Notes: generated by a model from the letters alone, not told the origin. Shown: positions 25,287 through 40,103, counted from the whole stretch's first letter. The stretch is 63,999 bases of DNA, filler included, from Basidiobolus ranarum (GCA_040143965.1; 8 parts of 8 records of this genome joined end to end with filler, not necessarily neighbours in it); one strand, 5' to 3'. A program made the numbers and translations.

Positions 25287-28200
25287 ATGGATTACACTTC
25301 AGTAAATATCTCGCAAATATTAGAAGAGTTGGGTGCACAGAGGAAAGATTTGAGTAATTCCCCTTTGATTTACAAAAATGAGGTGGATTCTTCCTCGCTA
25401 AAGGTAAGTTTTATAGAGGGTGGTAATTAAAGGAGAGTATCCGAATACACTACTGACTACCTCTATTTACACACTTATTTAAGACGGATGGCGAACGGAT
25501 AGTGCAGGAGTTCAGTCAAGCAGATATTCCTGAAACTAGAATTAGGCATGTTATAGAGTTAGAGTCCCTTCGTACCGAAAGCCTCACAACTAAATATATT
25601 TACATAAAAAATTTAGATTGATGGTTCAAGAGTTGAGTCTACTGTTATTATGCAGTGCTTGCTTTTTAGACAGGAACCTTGAAAGCACTCAAGAGGAGAG
25701 AAAAATCTGCCATTTATATATACAGCATCGATTTGTTTTATTCGTAACCACTGAGAATATCCCGGAGCTAGAAAAAATATCAAGAATTATATTAGAAACA
25801 CCTAATCAATGGTTAAACGTATTGGTATGAAACAAGGGTATCTGCACATAACGTACTTTACATTTACTAACGATCAGCTTGGACAGGAAATCTGCAAATC
25901 ATTCACTCTTATTCAGGCCACGGAGTTGGTGTCAACATTTGTAAAAGAACAGTTGATTTTAAATGAAGTTCGTGTTAATAGTTGACAAACCCTCCGCTTG
26001 TAAATTCCATGTATAAACGTCATTTATTACATTCTAGTTTGTCAAAGGAGTATTAGTGCTGGAGTCGTATCTGCCAGAGTTTTATAAAGAGCGAATTAGG
26101 TAAAACGGAAATGGCATTCTGTAAATGGTTTAAAGTTGGAACTTTATTAATGTCTTACTTGACCATTACTTCCGTTATAGCAAATCCATCTTTACCATAT
26201 GCCAGGCGATCCCTCATCGAGCGCTAGCTATACGATATCTCCTTACTACTTCAGAACAACTCCCTGACTTGGCTCTTCGGATAACTCTTGATTATTGTAA
26301 TGACGAGGTATTTATTTGAACTCGGTTTTTGTTATTCGTGCTATTTAATGAATAATTCTACTCTTAGATTGCCTATTTGAATGCCATTTTCAATGGAAAT
26401 ACCATGTGGATAGTCCAGTCTCTGAGCAAGATGCAGGACGTTCTGTTAGGGTTACAGAAGAAGCTCTTCAATCATTTGGAGAGTGTAACTTTGTCGAGTG
26501 GAAGATCTTCTCAGATTGATGCATGCTTGATATTACGAGTTATATGTGCTTTTGGTGGCTTACTTTCCGTCAAAATCCCTGAGCAAGATGTATTCAAATG
26601 TCTAGATCTAATCAAAAACGCCAAAACCCAGCGGTAAAGTTGTAAATCTAATCGCCAAACTGTCTAGAGTCTAACATGTAAGCTTCATAATTGTGCACAG
26701 GTTGGTGAAATTAGCATTGTGCTTCATCACAATATGTTACGAAAGCATCGTGCGTTACTCAAAGGTATGACAACCCATATACTCTGGAGAGGAGTCTAAC
26801 CTGGTTATCTGGCTCACATGTTTCCTTTGTGACTGTATAGAACACTCTGCTTGACACTCTTACCGAAATCACAAAGATGGAGCACTCCGATACTGCGTTG
26901 CTGTATGCCATATACTTTCGTACTAATCAGTTCGATCAAATCGAAAATATCGTTAAAACGACTCTTCAGATGGAGGTCTCTGTGTGTATCCTTTTGTTTT
27001 ATCATTTATTACTGAGCTTTAGGATATCCGAGTAGATCTCTATATTTTCCTTCACTGAATTTCAAAGCCAAATTAGGGCTTGTGGAGTTGAAAGAAATCT
27101 TTGCCAAGACACTGTTCCCTGCAGATGCATTGGCTCGTCACGCCTTAATGCTGAAGCCTGCTAGTTTTGCCGACCTCGGGGTAACTTGACAAAGAAATAC
27201 TCAATTCTCGGTTTTACATTTCGCTCACATTCCTTTCATTCTGAATCAGACTATAGCTGAAGCGGAATCTTTAGCACTAACGTGCTTCAATCAACTACTC
27301 AATACTCGCGTATTCCAAACATACGGATTTGACATTCGTAATTGGGTATATCAACGTATTATTGAGGCGTCACTTCCAGTCTCACCTCTTCTAGTTGAAT
27401 TGATTCAAGAATATTCCTCCAGGTATCGCTTTATTTCTACACGGCCCTTGTCGCTTCAAATAACTAAATATGCATCCATTCTGGCTTTAGCATTCTTTCC
27501 ACAACCACTATATCCAAAATCCCAGAGAAAGAACTACGTAACATATTCTCAGAAAGTGGTCCAATATCCCAAAAACAAGTCCTTCTATTGCTATACATTC
27601 TAAGCTATAATCAAAATGTCATTCGTTTCAAGAAAGAAACTGGCCAAATATCAGAGCGTAAGCATTGCTCTATACAGTTGGTTAATTCTCAAAATACTCA
27701 TGGAATTCCCATCACTCTCCCGTAGAATATTCGGATAAATTGGTAGACTCCATTCATGTTATGAGGATGTTGTCTTATACTGCAAATCTCCAGGGTGGCT
27801 TGGCTTACAAACATCTTTATCCGGATCTACTAGCCTTAACTTCGTTTCATTTCCCATATCTATTCAATGTCACGAGTTTACTCACCGGGGAGGAAAGACT
27901 GCTCCAGTACGTAGCTATGATTCATTTCGATTCTCTACATCTTGGTGTGCAGGGATTATTCTCCATTTGCGTAGTACACTAACAATCTCGTGTTTAGCTC
28001 TGCATCGGAGAGCATGTCCATTGAGCATTTAGAAAGCGCCATTACGTCTGCTATATCCAATCCAGGAAAAATACTTGCTAGTACGCGGTTTTGCTCACCC
28101 GATGAATCTCGAATGCCTACTAATCTTTTTTAACACATATATAGTCATAAGCTCGTTAAATTCCAAGAGTTCGCAAGACTTGCTTCCCCATGCCACGTCA

Positions 28201-29713
28201 TTGATGAAGCTTCTACTCCCGTACCTCATATCGGAAAAGTAATGAACCCTTTTAGACCATTATTGCTGACCTGTTGTTAACATGGAATCTTTGTTGTTGC
28301 ACGAATAGTGTGGAATTAAGGGTTTTGGAAGAGTTTTATCAGCTGTGGGAAAAGTTAAATTGCTTGATTCCTGAAGAACTAAGTTTGTTGACGATTAATC
28401 TGCTGAGCTCCACGCCTGACTTTCTATCGTAAGCTTGTATTAGGCAATTGGTATTATTGAAGTATGGATCTTCAACCTATCTATTATAGAGAATGCACAT
28501 CTCAAGACCTTTTCAGAGACCCATTGATTCTACTCAAAGTGCACACATCAGTTTTCCGGAAACCTCCGCTATATCAAATATTTCTCAGAGTATGTGGTTG
28601 TGTAAACATCTCATGTACCGCACGAAAATAACCAACTCTGAATTGTTTAGATTCTGAGCATCTACATGTCAGCTTCGCGCCAAAAGTATCGCCGTCGGTT
28701 TCAAATGTACCATATAAACAATGGCAAGGTACATATCTCTCCAACCACCTCCAAAGCACCCCTGATGAATCATAGTAGCTAATGTTTGTTTGAAATCAGC
28801 GAGTGGTATTCACAGAGGCTCATCTGACATCCATGTTATACATTCAAGACACTGCAATCATGCAGTATCTTTTAGACGCTTGTCAACAAAGATTAGAGGA
28901 CGAAGCACATCCAGGTACTATATCGTTAACTAACCTCGTTGCTGAACCTATCTTAACTCGCATTCCCAACAGATGTCCTGGAGGAGATTCGCGCTATTAC
29001 CTGTGGATTTTTGCATCAAATTTTCATTGAAAACAAGTTATACATCAAATTGATTCATTTCCAAACCTACAATCCAGAGCTACTACCGGTGACTACCTTG
29101 GGAATCCCTTCAATGCGTAAGCTAACTCATCTTTCCACAGTGAATTTTACTTGCATTGACGCAACCTTATTTTGACCATATTTAAAGATGTCTGCATGGA
29201 GTTTATTCCGGAACTATTGGCTCAGCCACAAATCGACAAGCAGATGTTTGGATTGAGGCTATCTGGATATTTATTCAAACGGTACCCTTTGGCATCTAGG
29301 TGGGGGCATTTCATTCTTTGATATTGTGTAGAGGCGTAATTAATTCTTCTTGACAGCTTCGGACTAGCCAAGGACACAGTAATTCCTAAAATCCAGAGTA
29401 TAGTCCTCACCATCAACGCGGTACCTGAGCAAATCGCCATTCATTTACCAGATATCGTAGAAATCACCGGAATGATCGCTGAAGCATTTCCCAATACTGT
29501 TGAGATTTGTGTTGAAATATTGTCAGGTGAAGAACAAAAACGTCGATTAGTAGTATTTACACTCGTACTAAAGGCCTTTGCTTTTAATTGTTAGACATTC
29601 GCAATCAAACCAATCTTATTGCTTTCCCAGATGACGAAAAAGATTGTCGGAAAACTAGCTTGAAGGAGTCTATCTCTCTAGTACTAAAAGGCTTAGGAAG
29701 GCCAGATATTTGA
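25287..29713 (+). CDS. INTS2: Integrator complex subunit 2; many exons, 5' end uncertain
   Basis: Spliced segments match INTS2: ICQAIPHRALAIRYLL...LPDLALRITLD; TCFNQLLNTRVF...IRNWVYQRI; LEEIRAITCGFLHQIFIENKLYIKLIHFQTYNPELLPVTTLGIPSM|HVCMEFIPELLAQPQIDKQMFG. Compare metazoan LVHFQGYPxELLPLTVAGIPSMHICLDFIPEL. Confidence 0.87.
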
Positions 29714-30090
29714 TTTCAACAAATTAAACTGCTTCCACACGTCTTCACGCCTCTTAGAGCTCCATATGGAATTGTACATTGGTTGCTGCTTCATACGATT
29801 TTACTTAGCTCTCTATATCCCCACTTGAAACTCTATGCAAATGATAGAATAAAAATCAATCTACAAACGTTGACTATGGAAGTGGTGTCGATTTATTGGA
29901 GCTCAAGTGAACATTTGGATAAAATAATACAATGGACATTCTGATATATCGTTAAAATAACTAGCAATGCATGTAAGCAAATAAACATGTGAACCCATCA
30001 ATCATTAAGTCGACTATTCTTTGGAACTCTGCATATATATATCGGTTGGAAGTCTTTGTCTATGATCTCGATTTCTCTCCACTCGTTGTT

Positions 30091-31566
30091 ATGTCTGTTG
30101 TCTGGTCTGATTTCTTTAGTATTGATTCTGGCACCTACCTTCGTATTGTAAGTGAGGAGTTCTTAGCCAAATTCATTAAAGAACTTGAGGTTGATAGCTT
30201 TGCCTCCCATATCAAAGGTATCGACTTAAGCCCTTTATTTCTGAAAAAACCTCCAGTTGAGAAGTTGGTCAGTGAAGATGAAGCAGACTTTGAGGAGGAA
30301 GAAGTACCAGTGGTTTTCACTGACCAAGAATTATTACTTATCATTGAAAAGTGTCATAGTTTAGAGTATCTTTGTATCGGATACGGTCCTGAATTAATTG
30401 ACTCTGGTGCTTTGTTGAATATGTCCACTCCTGAGACTAATTATTCTCCACTTCGCGGTCCCGCTTTTTTGAGTGATTCCGTTTTGGAGCGTATCTCAGG
30501 GCTTTCTTCTCTTAAAGTATTAAATTTATATGGCTGTGATAACCTTAGTCACGATACTGTAGCTGCTATTGGTCGCGGTTGCACTGAACTTAAAGAGCTT
30601 TGCATTGACGGTGAAGAGGAGGAGGAAGAAGAAGAAGGGGAGGTGGATGAGAGGGGAGTCAGTAGAGTTGCTGTCAAAGAAGAAACAGCTGAAGAAAGTG
30701 AGGAGAGAGATTGGACAAAAGAGGATTGGGCACCTTTTCAAAAACTTGAAACACTCTGTGCAGATAGTGTTGATTTCTCTCTTATCTGTAACCTTCCTAA
30801 CCTCACTAGAGTTCAAGTAGACCCATATAGTACTTCGGAAGAGCTTAAAACTTTCATTAAGTCCCATAAGAGCAAACTTCGGTATCTTAATGTGTTCGAA
30901 GAGTCTACTCCATCCGAGGATGACGAGTCTGACTCTGACCAACGCTTACCTTTGGATATTCTGCAATGCCCAATGCTGGAATCGTTCAATATGAATCTGT
31001 TCGACAACAAAGAAATTCATTAACCTGGTTTCATTGATAAATTGGCCGACTCGTTTCCCAACCTAAAGCACCTGGAAGTAGCGTACAACCTGCCAGCAGA
31101 ACAATCCCTGTCTTCTCTCACTAATAGATTTCAAAACTTGGAAAGTCTTGTCTGGGAGTCTGAAGAAATCTCCGATGGTATAGTAAGTAGCATTGCCACT
31201 TCATGTAGGAAGTTACGTCATCTTTATCTTTCATTCGCCCAACAAATAACCGAAGAAGGTGTACTTTCTATCGCTGAGAATCTCCATTTTCTGGAGCAAC
31301 TAAATCTTCCAGACATAACGCCAACTGGCCTCAAAGCCCTGAAGGCCAACTGTGTTTATCTCCAAGAACTTGGTGTCCTTCAATGTAACAATATAGTCCC
31401 TGAGGATGTTATCAATTTGTTGGAAAACTTTCCATCATTGCAAACCCTTTGCATAACTGGTGAAATTGGTGAAGGGGTTTTGAAGATTATCATGAACCAA
31501 GTCCCCGAGGTGCATTATCATGTTCCCTACGACAATGAGCATGAACATAGTGATTGTGAACACTAA
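30091..31566 (+). CDS. Acidic RNI-like leucine-rich-repeat protein (FBXL/AMN1-type repeats), interrupted by one in-frame TAA at 31021-31023; possible pseudogene
   Basis: Repeats such as KCHSLEYLCI, LKVLNLYGCDNLSHDTVAAIGRGCTELKEL, SFPNLKHLEV, SCRKLRHLYLSFAQQITEEG. ORFs 29989-31023 and 31042-31566 share a frame (…EIH*PGFIDKLADSFPNL…). Confidence 0.8.
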
Positions 31567-32078
31567 ACATTCGGATTCCAAACGGCGTCACGAGCCCTAT
31601 TTAAATATAGTGGTATCCTCTATGTACATTGTTACCGTAGAGCAATTACTTGATACGATCGCTAGTCATTGAATAAACAATTGATGTATAATATCCATTT
31701 ATAAGCATTCATATATCCCACGGAATGATGGAGAATGCTCTTGAATTCAGCGGAATCCATAAGCGCTAGCTATCAATTTCCTCCAGATTTATTTAATGAT
31801 TCATGTAACCAAACCGAGGGGCTTTCTGCATTGTTCTTCATACAAACGTAGAAAAGCTTGCTTCCATGGTATTTAATGTTGAAGTAATCTTCCAAATGTG
31901 AACCCATATGGTAGATGAATGTAACGACCAAGCAAGGCCATCTCAGAAGGGCTAAAATTTAATTTTGATAAGTCAGGATGCACCATCACTGATCAAAATG
32001 GGAATTATTTAGCTTTGGGAGAAAAGGATCAGAACTTATACAAACTTACATATAATCCAAGAGGTTTATGTGTAAATA

Positions 32079-32178
32079 NNNNNNNNNNNNNNNNNNNNNN
32101 NNNNNNNNNNNNNNNNNNNNNNTTAATTAATTAANNNNNNNNNNNNNNNNNNNNNNNNNNNNNNNNNNNNNNNNNNNN
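32079..32178. other. Artificial contig linker
   Basis: Same spacer. Confidence 0.98.
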
Positions 32179-35100
32179 ATAATTATTAGATATATAATTT
32201 ACGATTTGATCTAAATCTAGAACCATGTAAATTTCGAATCAGTATTGTTGACTGGAAATCTAATAACATTCCATGCATAATATAACGGAAAAACAGAACA
32301 ATCTTTACCTTTCTTTCAGACCTAAACCTTGATATGGAGTTAGAAAATAGTCACAGTTGCATTTCGGACTAATTCCTCATTCAACAAAGTAATACGTAGG
32401 TTCGCAACCATCCTACGAAATGATTCATCCAGACTGAATATTTTCCGAGGTGGCTTAACATTGTAATTCAAATTCACCAAATAATGATTCGATAATACCA
32501 AAATAAATAAAGTAAAAAGGAAACAATGATCCTCTAAATAGAAAGGAATTGGTCTGTGAGGAGGACGGTATAGGCTACCTAGATGTTACACCTATGCATG
32601 TTTGATCTGTATGACCTATCGTTCACCCTTTATCTCTCTACCCCAAGCTCTGGTGGAAATCGCCATGGTTCTGAAGAATACTTCTTATTTGTCCAGGCGC
32701 GAATCAGTTCGCACCCACCCACGAGTTAACCCATCGAACGCGATAAGATCACGAAATTTCGAGGAGATTCTAGTTCAAACTATTATGAAATAGAAATGGG
32801 AATTCATCTGTACATAAGAAAATCCAACCACTCTATACCCAATTGATGTAATCTCATCAAGATGAATTTCCGGTTGAGATGGAGTATTTCATCTATTCTA
32901 TAATCAATAGGGTTATCTTTATTGCCGAAAATGGTATTCGATTTAAAGAAATTTTCATTCCCATATGTCATCATGATTGTTGGTAGTGATCGTTATTGTA
33001 TGGTGGGTTTAGGGTTGGGTGGCGTTCTTCATTTTACTGTGAGAAATAGTCCGTGTTTGGAAAGATTGACCATAAATGTGTCCTTTTTGGAGATAGACTC
33101 TGGTTTCTCGAGATAGTGAGATACTCTTTGAGGAAAGGGGGGGATGTTGAGCAACGTGTGGAGATGGTGGATACCGAATATGTTGAAGAGTGTCTAGCTT
33201 CTGTTGAAAGCATGAAGCGGGCTCTATTGCATTAATTCTAATGCTTGGAAGGCAGGTTGAAATCGAATCAAAAGAGCCTGGGTATCACTTCTTAATAGCG
33301 GGAGTGTAGGTAAGTGGGTGATCTGGACAAATCATTGCATTAATGAGAACTTCTAAAGTTGGCCGTCAATTTGAAACCAAACTATTGATCTTGATGGAAA
33401 TCTATTATGAATCCTCATTCGCGTTGTGTAGGCGCAGTGGATATGAATTCATACTTTCACTTTGAATAGCTGTAGTACATAAATCAACATTTACTAGCTC
33501 TACATTACCGTCCCTTCCCTTCTCTCCCTTCCCTTAAGAATTAGGGTTAGGGCTTGTGGCTTTCAATGCTACCAATGGAGAAGGCTACACTTAGGGTCAT
33601 GACACTCCGTCCAATTACGAATCTATACTACAGACTTTTGTGTTCATATCGTGATGGGCTGAACAGTAAAAATGGTCACATAGACGCAGTATTTGTCGAA
33701 AGTTGTCAGAGTTGGCCATTGGTTCGAGTGTGTGCTACCCAAATGAAAAGACCGAGCATTTCAGGAGAATATGAAGGCACTATTGTTTTCTGGGCTAGTA
33801 TCGTCGTATTTCTGATGAAAGATGCATGAGATTGAACTCGATCATTCTGCCTATTAATAGTTATCACCTATTGGGGCTCTGATGGATCATGGCATGTGTC
33901 TAGCGCTGATATAATTCCAAAATCGATTCAGTGATGCACCCATGAAGTTTGGATGGTGCCAATAAGGCAATTACTAGGTTCATGTTTATTCACGACTCCT
34001 ACGGCATTGCGGCCCTATCTTTTCTTACGAGTAGGGAATGTTTTGACGTAGTAAGGAGCGGTGGAATGGGCGGTTATTGAGCCCTGGTGGCGCTAAATAG
34101 GTAGTGGGTTATGGGACTCGCCAACTCATCCAATAACAGTCTTTCCTCCCGTCACAAGTACAAAGACGATGCTGCGGAGAGGCATCCCAGGTATGTGAGA
34201 GTATACTTCGAAGATAATGAATAGATTCGAAAATTTCTTAAAATTGTTGGTACTGTAAATTATATATGTAACTAATTGAGGAATGTACAAAAGCCAATTA
34301 CTAAAGCGTATCCTAAGGCTAACGTCACTCAGGTATACATCAGTTGCAATTGTAAATGTTCTTTTGATTCAATGGCAGCAGCAATGCATCTATTTTAATT
34401 GATCTGTAATCTTTGCTCTCTGGACATTTGAAGCTATGAATTTCATACTTCGCATACCATTTAAACAAAATTGTACCTTGAATGCAGTGATAGAAGTGTG
34501 TAGAGCATAGAGCATAGAGCTTCTTGCCAATGTGATCATCAATTATGGAGCCATAGTAATCTACAAGCTCTATTAATTGTTGAAATGGATTATCTTTATC
34601 ATATTTGTTATGACTTTGTTTATGCATCAAGCTAATTCACATCATATCCGAATTTGCCAACAATATTTAGTCAAATACGACTTAACTCAAAAGCAGAGTA
34701 TATAGGAAATGCGTGAATTACAGAAGAATTGGTAATTGAAATCTCAAATTTACCCTGGGATGATGTGCATTACTCACATAATTGTTTTGAATAGAGATAT
34801 GTACTTTGAAATAACAGATATTATATATATAAGCTGCAAAATTGAAATATCTGTGTATCTCGAAAACCTTCACTCAAGTTTCGAATTCTCACAATCTTTA
34901 TGCTACTTGCTTAATTTCTATTAGCTTTTGACAACTACATGGCATATTATAACTAGTGTAGCTAAACCTTGTTTATTTTTACTTGAATTCAATATTTACG
35001 GGAATAACCTCAATTGCTGTCCACATAGTATAGGAAGTAGTGGAATTTACAGTCGAGATATGAATTCAAATTCCACAATGATCAAGAAATCCAGCTATTG

Positions 35101-36920
35101 AGATACAGGTCATATATACCAGATACTGTACTTCTAGTCGGTTAGTGTATCTCACTCAAACTCATAGTGGCTTAAACTCTGAAAATTCTTCTCGAAATCT
35201 CAAATTTCATAATATACCTATCCAATAATAGTACATCTGGGTATTAGTCATGGACTAGCTTTCATCAGATGTTCAAATGCAGGGACTGGAAGCTTGATGA
35301 TATGAGTCTCTTGTTAAAGTTAAGAGAATTTCAAGTTCTATTGCAGGTTAAATCCACATTTCTTATCAATTACTTTCAAATGTCTATGAGCTCTGATTGA
35401 GATAGTATATGGTACTTGGCTTCAGAAGACGTGACAAGATTCAATGTATGGAATATAAGCAAAATATTAACCAATATGGAGGGTATGAGTACGTGCTCAG
35501 CCACCAGCTATGAGCTAGTGATTTTATTTCTGGACTCTTTGCAACACTAATAAGGGACAACTTCTTCGATCAATATTAGAGAGGTGGGGTCAGGATTATT
35601 CAGAAATTAAACATCATGTGTAGTAAGCTTTATATATATGGAGTACGTAGAATTTCATATAAATAACCAACTTTACTCATACCAATCGCTCTATAGCAAT
35701 TTTAACATTTGATATGGTATAGCATCGGACCTGTACCTATATTCTTTGGTTTATACCTGTACCAAGTCTCTGAAAATATCTGTGGATTGGCATCTCCACG
35801 TGCAATCATAATAGCCAACATCTTAAGCAGACCTAAAGCAAATCTGATATTTGAGGAATTAGCATGCATCTTAAGTTTGAGATAAATCTGAAATTAGTTC
35901 AGTGAGATTGTTGTAGTTTAAAAAACTTTTGTATTAATTTGATGATTATATGCTTGACTAACTCCTATACCACATCCAAGTTGATGACATTTCTTTCTCC
36001 AATATCACTTGATGGAGATATAAATCATATATTGAGGCTTAGCATGAATATATCTCGGTTAATGAAGTTGAATACAGGAGTTCAATACCCTTCAAATTAT
36101 CCCTGGGATTGCTCTTTTTCCTCTCACCATAATTAGAACTCCTTCAAATACTGATATGCATCCATTTCAGAGAGTAGAAAATACCATTCTGTGCAGGAGG
36201 ATCTTGAGCGCTACTAGCATGCACCATGTGCCTCTATTGATACTATTTGCAGTATACAGCCTAATAACCATCATTTCGATGGAGATAATTCCTTCCTTCA
36301 CTACCTATAGTACCAAAAAATGCAACATTCAATAAGTGATATTAAGAAGTCACCCCTATGCTCATTATCATTAGTAATACCAGATGAAAAGCACGTGCTT
36401 TTCATATATAACACACTCTTCCCCCGAAACTTTGACAATACTGGCTAATATATATGCATCATATCAATACTGTTACTTAATATACTCGGGTGATTCTAGT
36501 GATCGGCAACGACCATGCTACTATTTCTCCATGAAGTTAGAGGGGAGCCAAACAGCTAACTCGTGATAAGCACCACTACAAGTACTAAACATGTGGCTAA
36601 CACCAAAGCATGGTCTAAGGTATCCCACTTTAGGTTACCTTCATAGCTCGCGATATCCAAGATCTCGTAGAATTAGAAGAATCTTGATAAAATACTCGAA
36701 TGATGTCATACTATCCATCCAAAGGGGATTTTTATGGCGCAGTAAATAAAAGATATTCATGTCCGTTCCCACGTTCACCCCGGTTAACTCGGATATTCTC
36801 TTGAACACCCCCCAATCGAAATCCCTAATTTGGTCTTAAATTACCCAAAAAAATTCCCTTTCCTATTTACGCGATATTGGAAATCATTCTTGACCTAACT
36901 GAAGAGTCCAAAGAACAGTC

Positions 36921-37858
36921 ATGTCAAAGTTGTTAAAACCTTGCACTAGAGCCTTCACTTGGTATTCCAGAAATTTAGAGAGAAGACCTTTTTTGGTGAA
37001 GTCAGTTAGTACAGGTAAGCAAAACTCGAAACATAGAACTTCTTGATAGTGTACTGCTAAGCCCTGGTTTTACTTCAAAGTCCCCAGAGACGATAAAAAG
37101 AACTTGACTAACTTGTAACGTATAGCTACTATTGTAGCTTTAGGGGATGTTGCTTGTCAAAAATTGGTTGAGAAAAAACCTCAACTTGACCGAGCTAGAA
37201 CTTTACGCATGATGATACATGGTGGTTTGATCATGGTATTATGAATTTTTTTACCGTTGTCTATGAGGAATGAGAGAACTCTTTGCTAAACCAAGTTCTA
37301 TGTATATTAGGGGCCGGCGTTGAGCTTTTGGCATCCGTTCCTTGAACGCTTGGTTAGAGTACGAAATCCTCAACTAGGTATTTAAATAGAAGTCGGTCAT
37401 AAATTCCACTGGAAGTATTGTGACATTTTTAACTGATTCGGACATTTTCTAGCTCTCCTATGTCGAGTGGCTATCGATCAAACGGTATATGCACCATTTA
37501 TTGTTGGGGTGTTCTTTATCAGTCAAGGAGTCTTGTCGGGATGCTCACTTCATGAAGTCCAAGAGCGGTTAAGAGCGGTTTGTTTTGATTTATGCCTTGT
37601 ATTGGTTTAAAAAAGAAATTGAAATCTCAACGAATGAAATTTAATTCATTTTAGGGATACCCAACCGCTCTTCTTAACAATTGGAAGGTCTGGCCCATAT
37701 CAAACCTGATCATTTTCTACTTATTACCATTACATTATCGATTCCTATTAGGGAATGTGGTCTCTCTAGGATGGAACACTTACTTGAGTTTCTTGAATCA
37801 GAAAGTTACTTTCCTTACCACCAATACACCAACAATCCCTATCCTTCTTAAGAATTAG
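36921..37858 (+). CDS. Mpv17/PMP22 family membrane protein (Sym1-like); 5 exons
   Basis: WYSRNLERRPFLVKSVST|ATIVALGDVACQ...DRARTLRM...|GPALSFWHPFLER...|RVAIDQTVYAP...|GYPTALLNNWKVWP...GNVVSLGWNTYLSFLN. Not shown in the ORF track. Confidence 0.92.
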
Positions 37859-38632
37859 TGATGTGACGTTGATTCGGTCCACACTAAGCATTTACTCTAC
37901 ATCCTATAGAATTCACCTTCCCAATTCACTTTAAACCTGAGCGGATTCGAATAAGACATTTCGTTGTTGATTCCTCTCTCAACATCCTTCCACACTTTCA
38001 AGCATATAAACCAACTAGACAGTAGAATAGCCAGGGCGAATGTGATTCATCCCTTGTGATGGCCAGGTAATAAAGATGTGTATTCTGCGCTTCGTTGAAT
38101 CGCCAATTAAAAGGTGGGAACATCCTTGAACATTATATGAGTAGCTTGTTGGTTATTTTTATGCGATAAACTGGCAAGGTATGACTTATAGATTCATACT
38201 TATTTTCCACGTAGTTGCTATGCTTATTTGTTAGACTGAACCAGTATTTAGAGTAAAGGTTGGTTGTGTTGAGGATCTGTTATGTGATCGTAGCATTCAT
38301 GGTGTACCAAGAATATATATTATCAAGAAGTTTTACTCAATTGTATGGTCGTTAGTTCAATACAATGAGATGGATAGGGGAAGGCTAGTAAGACCTTATA
38401 CCAAAAATCTCTTCTATTGGAGATGATATCATGCTACCGCTAATGCCATGATAGAATTGGTAATGAAAGGAATATATTTCATTTTGGATAGGTAAAAGTT
38501 ATAGATAGATAAAGGGAAAGAGTTCTCAATGGAATGACCTAAAGTTTCATGGCAAATAAAGAATGTGTTCAGGTAAAGTGCATTTATAATGGACTCTATT
38601 TTAACGTTTCTGAAATGAACTATCATGGATTT

Positions 38633-40103
38633 CTAGTCACTATCAGTATCTGGATCTTTAGGCCCGCCAGTAGGATCTGAAAGCCATTTGAGATGGCGTT
38701 CTCTACGACGTACTTGTTGTGCTTTAATGTCATTCCTTGTCATCTTCTTCTTTCGGACAACAGGTGGTTTTACTTTGGCATTGTCAGCAAAGCTCTCTTC
38801 TGTCACGGCATTTTTGCCTTTCTTTGTCACTTGACCTGCTTCTACATACCATTGTTCCGGACAAAGAGCCCCGACAAATTCATCGTTATGCGATATCATA
38901 ACTACAGCGCCTCCCCAATCGCGAATCGCCACTGCTAGGCCACCCAAACTGTCACGATCTAAATAATTCGTGGGTTCGTCCAGGCATAGAAGATGAGGCT
39001 TAGACCACATGGCAGCAGCAATGACAACTTTGACTTTCTGTCCGCCGCTTAGGCCAGACAACTCATGATGATCGGCGATATCTCCGTCCAAACCAACGTC
39101 TTCAAAATGCTGACGAATTTCAGAGGGCTCCAAGTTTCGATAGCCAAGTCCTTCAGCACTGGCAACATGTTCATCAAATTGTAACACAATCTTAGAGAAG
39201 CCAAGTCTTAATAAATCCTCTCGGGGAATTCTAGTGTTATGTCTATGATGCATGCCAACCCATTTGACCTCATATTGAAATGATTTGTCTAGCTTGGTTC
39301 GGCCCAGAATGCACTACAAGTGTTCGAAACATATAGATTTAGTCAGGGAAATAACAAGTGAATGAATTCATAAGCCTTTCTGACCTCAATTTTTCTTTTT
39401 TCTCCTCTCACACTGATGGGAACTTCCATTTGCTTTCTATCATCATCGTCCATAATCCGTGTAGCTTTTTCCAATACTTCTCGATCATAGCCATGCTGAT
39501 ATCTCCATTGAATGTACTGATTGGGCGTCTTCTCGAGATGTCGTTCCAAATGATGGAACGCATGTTGCGCAACATACCCGACCCGAAGGTTCGGGTGCTT
39601 GTTTACCACCCCCTCCTGTGGTACAATCTCTCCAGTGAGGAGTTTGACGATGGTGGATTTCCCTGCCCCATTTGGCCCAAGAATTGCTACACGGGAGGAG
39701 AGTGAGAGGTTCAGTGATATGTTGGTAACTGATGGCTTAGTAGCGTAGGGGTATGTATAGGAAACATCTGCCATCCGAATGATAGACTTGGTTTTGGATT
39801 TCACTCCTTGTAAGAGTCCTGGGTTGGGGAACTTGAATTTTATATTAGAAGCGGTGAGTGTATAGTATGATTTGGCTTCTGGTCGCACTTTAACGAACCT
39901 ATGTTTGCAAGAAAAAAGATCACTTGGTGAGTCTCATTAGTAGTAAAATTCATGGAGAAAAGATACATACTCGGCCAAATTTCCTTTGTAGTAAGCTAAC
40001 TTCTTCGTTTCATAGTGAATGATGGCAGTGGTTACATTATCTAAAAAGGACGAGGCGTGACTGACAATAATGCTCGTGACTATCTTCTGCGATTTGAGGT
40101 AGA
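38633..40103 (-). CDS. NEW1: eEF3/New1-like ABCF ATPase with chromodomain insert; 5'-truncated
   Basis: IVSHASSFLD, FKFPNPG, GPNGAGKST (Walker A), YVAQHAFHH, LSGGQKVKVV (signature), LDEPTNYLD, and a New1-type tail RRERHLKWLSDPTGGPKDPDTDSD. Confidence 0.85.

Noticed and set aside
33541-33552. (TTAGGG)2 as a telomere or interstitial telomeric tract
   Set aside because: Only two units, mid-contig; compatible with chance.
32179-36800. Possible decayed retroelement or gene fragments
   Set aside because: Only short stop-riddled frames; no RT, integrase, transposase, LTR or TIR motif that I can support.
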